From Thalia democratica (taxonomy: Eukaryota), in the NCBI GenBank assembly GCA_965202585.1, contig OZ241827.1, forward strand, positions 23,250,001 to 23,314,000: DNA of 64,000 nucleotides. The letters run 5' to 3'. The translations under genes were made by a program, and so were the position numbers. The notes below the pieces were generated by a model. It worked only from the letters and a program-made list of their open reading frames with translations. It made no database searches and was not told the origin of the DNA. Position 1 is the first letter of the stretch; each line of letters starts with the position of its first letter. Positions 60,902 to 64,000 of this stretch are shown piece by piece.

Positions 60902-61874
60902 CTGAAAGTAAATCTTGACAACTTTGAAAAAGTTATAAAATTATTTTTTAATGTAAAATCAAGATCTATTTTAGGATAAAAATGTCAAAGTTAATGTTCT
61001 ACCAGAACCATAAAATAAGTATCAGACTGGATCTGGATCTAGATTTATGTGATCGGTAGATCACTAGTTATAGGTATAATTATAGTATTAATAGTTAAGG
61101 GCGTAGATGGGTCAGATAGTTTTTTTTTTACAAAATTAACAATGGGTGTTAGTTCAAAGCTTAAAGTAGGGGTCGGCAAACTGCGGTCCTTGAATGGCAA
61201 ATCTGGGGCCTGCGAGCATAGTTATTTTTAGAATAAAATGTGGCTTGCAAAAAACAATTCTACAGCCCTTAAGCATAGAAATGTGGTCAGCTGAGCAAAA
61301 ATATATTTTAAGTTATTTTTTTTGATAATTTGGTTACTTTTGATTAATTCTGTTTTAAATCCCTGAATAATATTTTAAAAGAATTAAAAAATTTTATTGC
61401 TTTTGCTTAAAAATGTGAAAAAGATAGACTAGCATATAAGTAGTGTTTTTTTTAGTTTCATAATAACTTTCTTCTTACAATAGCAATTTATGATCTGTAT
61501 AAAAGGAGTGTTGAAATCACTTGGATTCAGTAAGTTATTTATAACACCTATTTAGTTAATAAACTAAATGCAAATATTTTCCATTGTGTGCAAAAGTAAT
61601 TAACTAAAATGGCATTTCTGTACAACTTAGGTATTTTGTTGATAATGTAGTTTATACCTGTGTTTCTGTTAAAGATATTTTATTAGTATAGGTTATATTG
61701 AGTGTACACCAAAGTAATTAAAATAACATAATATTAAGTAATAAGGTTTATTTTATTTTGGTGTTGACAAATTTTAATTTGTTGTAAGCTTTCTGTGAAC
61801 TTTAAATTAATTCCTACGAATACCAATCTACACAAATACTCATTTTTTGAATCACTTTTTTGTTTAATAATTAA

Positions 61875-62578
61875 GGCCATAGGGAGGGGGGTAGAAGCCA
61901 TTTTTTGACCAAAAATAACATATAGACTTATATTATAGTAAATTTCATAATCTTTCAGATGCTTTTTTTAGATTTTAAAAATATTAAGTAACTTTTTTTT
62001 TATGACCGGTTATATAAAGGGTTGTCTTTATAAAGGGTATATAAAGGGTAACTTTAAAGCCGTTTTTCTCGAGTTTTTAAAAACGGGCTTTAAAATCTAT
62101 CTTCTCCTTCATTTTTCAAGCAATCTTCTTCAAATTTTCAGAAAATGTTCCTTACATTATGAGAAAAAAACGTTATTTGTGAATTTTAATAATTTAAAAA
62201 AAAAATTTTATGACAAAAAAAAAAGTGATTTTTTATCAAAAAATCTTTTTTTTTGAAAAAAAGGTATTTTTACTTAAAATTTTTTAAAGTCACAAATAAC
62301 GTTTTTTTGTTATTGTATAAAGAATAGACTGTGAAAGTTTGAATAAGATTGCTTAAAAAATGAAGGAGGAGATAGATTTTGAATGCATTAGTCTTTTTTC
62401 GCCCTTTTAGTTTTTCCTTCCCCATAAGGAACCTGTTATGCGGCCCGACTTTGGCCGGTCATATCTCAAAAACTAATTCGAATTTTTAAAAAGGGTAAAA
62501 AGCAACTTGAAGCTTAGTAAAAACTCTATAAAATAAGATCAACTTGTAAAAAACATGGCCTACCCCCCCCCTATGGCC
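61875..62578. mobile_element. Non-autonomous TTAA-specific element (Kolobok-like), second copy
   Basis: TTAA|GGCCATAGGG...CCCTATGGCC|TTAA, 704 bp, internally similar to 55012-55714. Confidence 0.8.
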
Positions 62579-63166
62579 TTAACTTATTAAGTCTGTATAC
62601 TGTCAATAAATATAGTTCAAATTTAAGCAAATAAACAACTAAACTTTGCCAATTAAATCTCAGACCAATTTAGGCTTTTTCCAGTGACTTGTCTCCTTTT
62701 TAGTAATTACTTTTGCTACTATTAAACTAAGAAAGGGTCACTCTGGCATAGAGCGATATTCTAGCACTGAGTGGCACTTTAGCACAAAAGTTATATTGCA
62801 CGATTCCTTTTTATGCTTGTATAACATTTGTGCTATTATGTTTAAGAATGAAAAAAAATGCAACATGTAAACTAAAAATTAAGAAACTTTAAATATTTTA
62901 CAAGTTTAAGTTTCAACTTAAACTTCGTGCTTAAGTTGTATTACTAGTAAGCATTAAACTTTTAAAAAAAGTTGTTAAGTATAAATAATAATAAACATTG
63001 ATAATTGTTTTACCTTTGTTTAGCTTTGATAACTTAATTAACTATCAAATTTTTATTTAAATCATTCCTAAAATACATATAGCTTTAAATATTGTTATTA
63101 AAAAATTTTTAAAGTTCCTCTTATTTTTATATGTTTGCGTCTTATAACTTTTTAAATACTTATCTA

Positions 63167-63762
63167 GGGAACAGCTCTAAATTGCACAAAGTTACTAAAT
63201 TGCACGAGGGTACTAAATTGGCACGAATGCACAAAATTGCACCAAGCCACATTTGCACAAGAGCACAAAGTTGCACAAGTGAACAAAATTGTACAAAGAC
63301 AATTTTGCACGATTTACATTTTTGCACGAGAGTAAAAAAATACAGAAAAAAAACTGAAAAAAAAGTTATAAAAAATGTTTTATAAAAAAAAGAAGAAAAA
63401 AAAAGTTACTGACCGAGAGTAAGGGTTTGGGTGATAGTAGAAAAAAAAAAACTAATAAAAATTATTAAAAAAAAAAGCTACCAACCGGGGTAAGGGTTAT
63501 GGGTAACAGTGATAGTAGAAAAAAAAACAAAATTAAACAAAAAATAAAAATTAATATAGAAATTAAAAAATAAATAAATAAATTTAACCTGTGCAAAAAT
63601 ATCTAAGTGCAAAATTGTCTGCTCGTGCAAAAGTATCTTCGTGCAATTTTATCTTTGTGAAATTTTAAGCCCTTCTGCAAATTAGTCTTCGTGCAAAAGT
63701 ATCTTAGTGCAATTTTGTGCAATCTGCAATTTTATACGCTTGTGCAAATTTGACAGCTACCC
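63167..63762. mobile_element. MULE-like non-autonomous element (GGGTAGCTGTC/TTGCAC family), reverse orientation
   Basis: Perfect 9-bp TSD ACTTATCTA (63158-63166, 63763-63771). Ends GGGAACAGCTC and GACAGCTACCC. Confidence 0.85.
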
Positions 63763-64000
63763 ACTTATCTAAGTTCTATATAATTTACATATAGGGTATA
63801 TACTTCGAAGGTAAATAAATTCGATTCTACAACATCTGTTTAGCTTTGTTATTATTTTAATTGTTTTAAAATTTTTAGAAACTACTTAATTTTAAGTCTT
63901 ACTTGTAGAAACTTTAGTTATAATTTTTTTAAGTGAATAAAATAATAAATATATTTAAATAAATAAATGTTAAGATCTATGTAGTTCCAAAAATATGTTT

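Noticed and set aside
60528-61066. TAGTGAT-family ends as one element carrying the 60798-60901 exon-like segment
   Set aside because: Flanks AAGTATTC and GTTATAGG do not match, so a single insertion is unsupported.

Overview
Very AT-rich animal genomic DNA with GT-AG introns, GC-richer exons and dense DNA-transposon debris. The gene content suggests an invertebrate, possibly a tunicate-like chordate, but the species cannot be determined from the sequence. In order: (1) the 3' part of an MPP8/MPHOSPH8-like ankyrin gene (492-11032, +) followed by a decayed duplicate of its last three exons; (2) a mannose-receptor-like multi-C-type-lectin gene fragment (18586-23556, +) with a fibronectin type II domain nested inside one lectin domain and lesions in the last exons; (3) a 4.3-kb '276-bp satellite' that is really a minus-strand gene, with a signal-peptide exon (29525-29472) followed by 16 tandem 138-nt phase-0 exons, each encoding a 46-aa module; (4) a single-coding-exon calpain-family protease with a signal peptide (36866-38140); (5) a Penelope-type minimal hammerhead ribozyme motif (39067-39108, -); (6) an intronless MARK/KA1-type kinase with an acidic residue at the activation-loop Thr position (41840-43420); (7) a decayed Buster-type hAT transposon, MULE-, hAT- and Kolobok-type non-autonomous elements with visible TSDs, and possible decayed integrin-like coding remnants. 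All calls come from manual reading and recalled family motifs; no searches were run. Some frameshifts lie in homopolymer runs and could be assembly errors.
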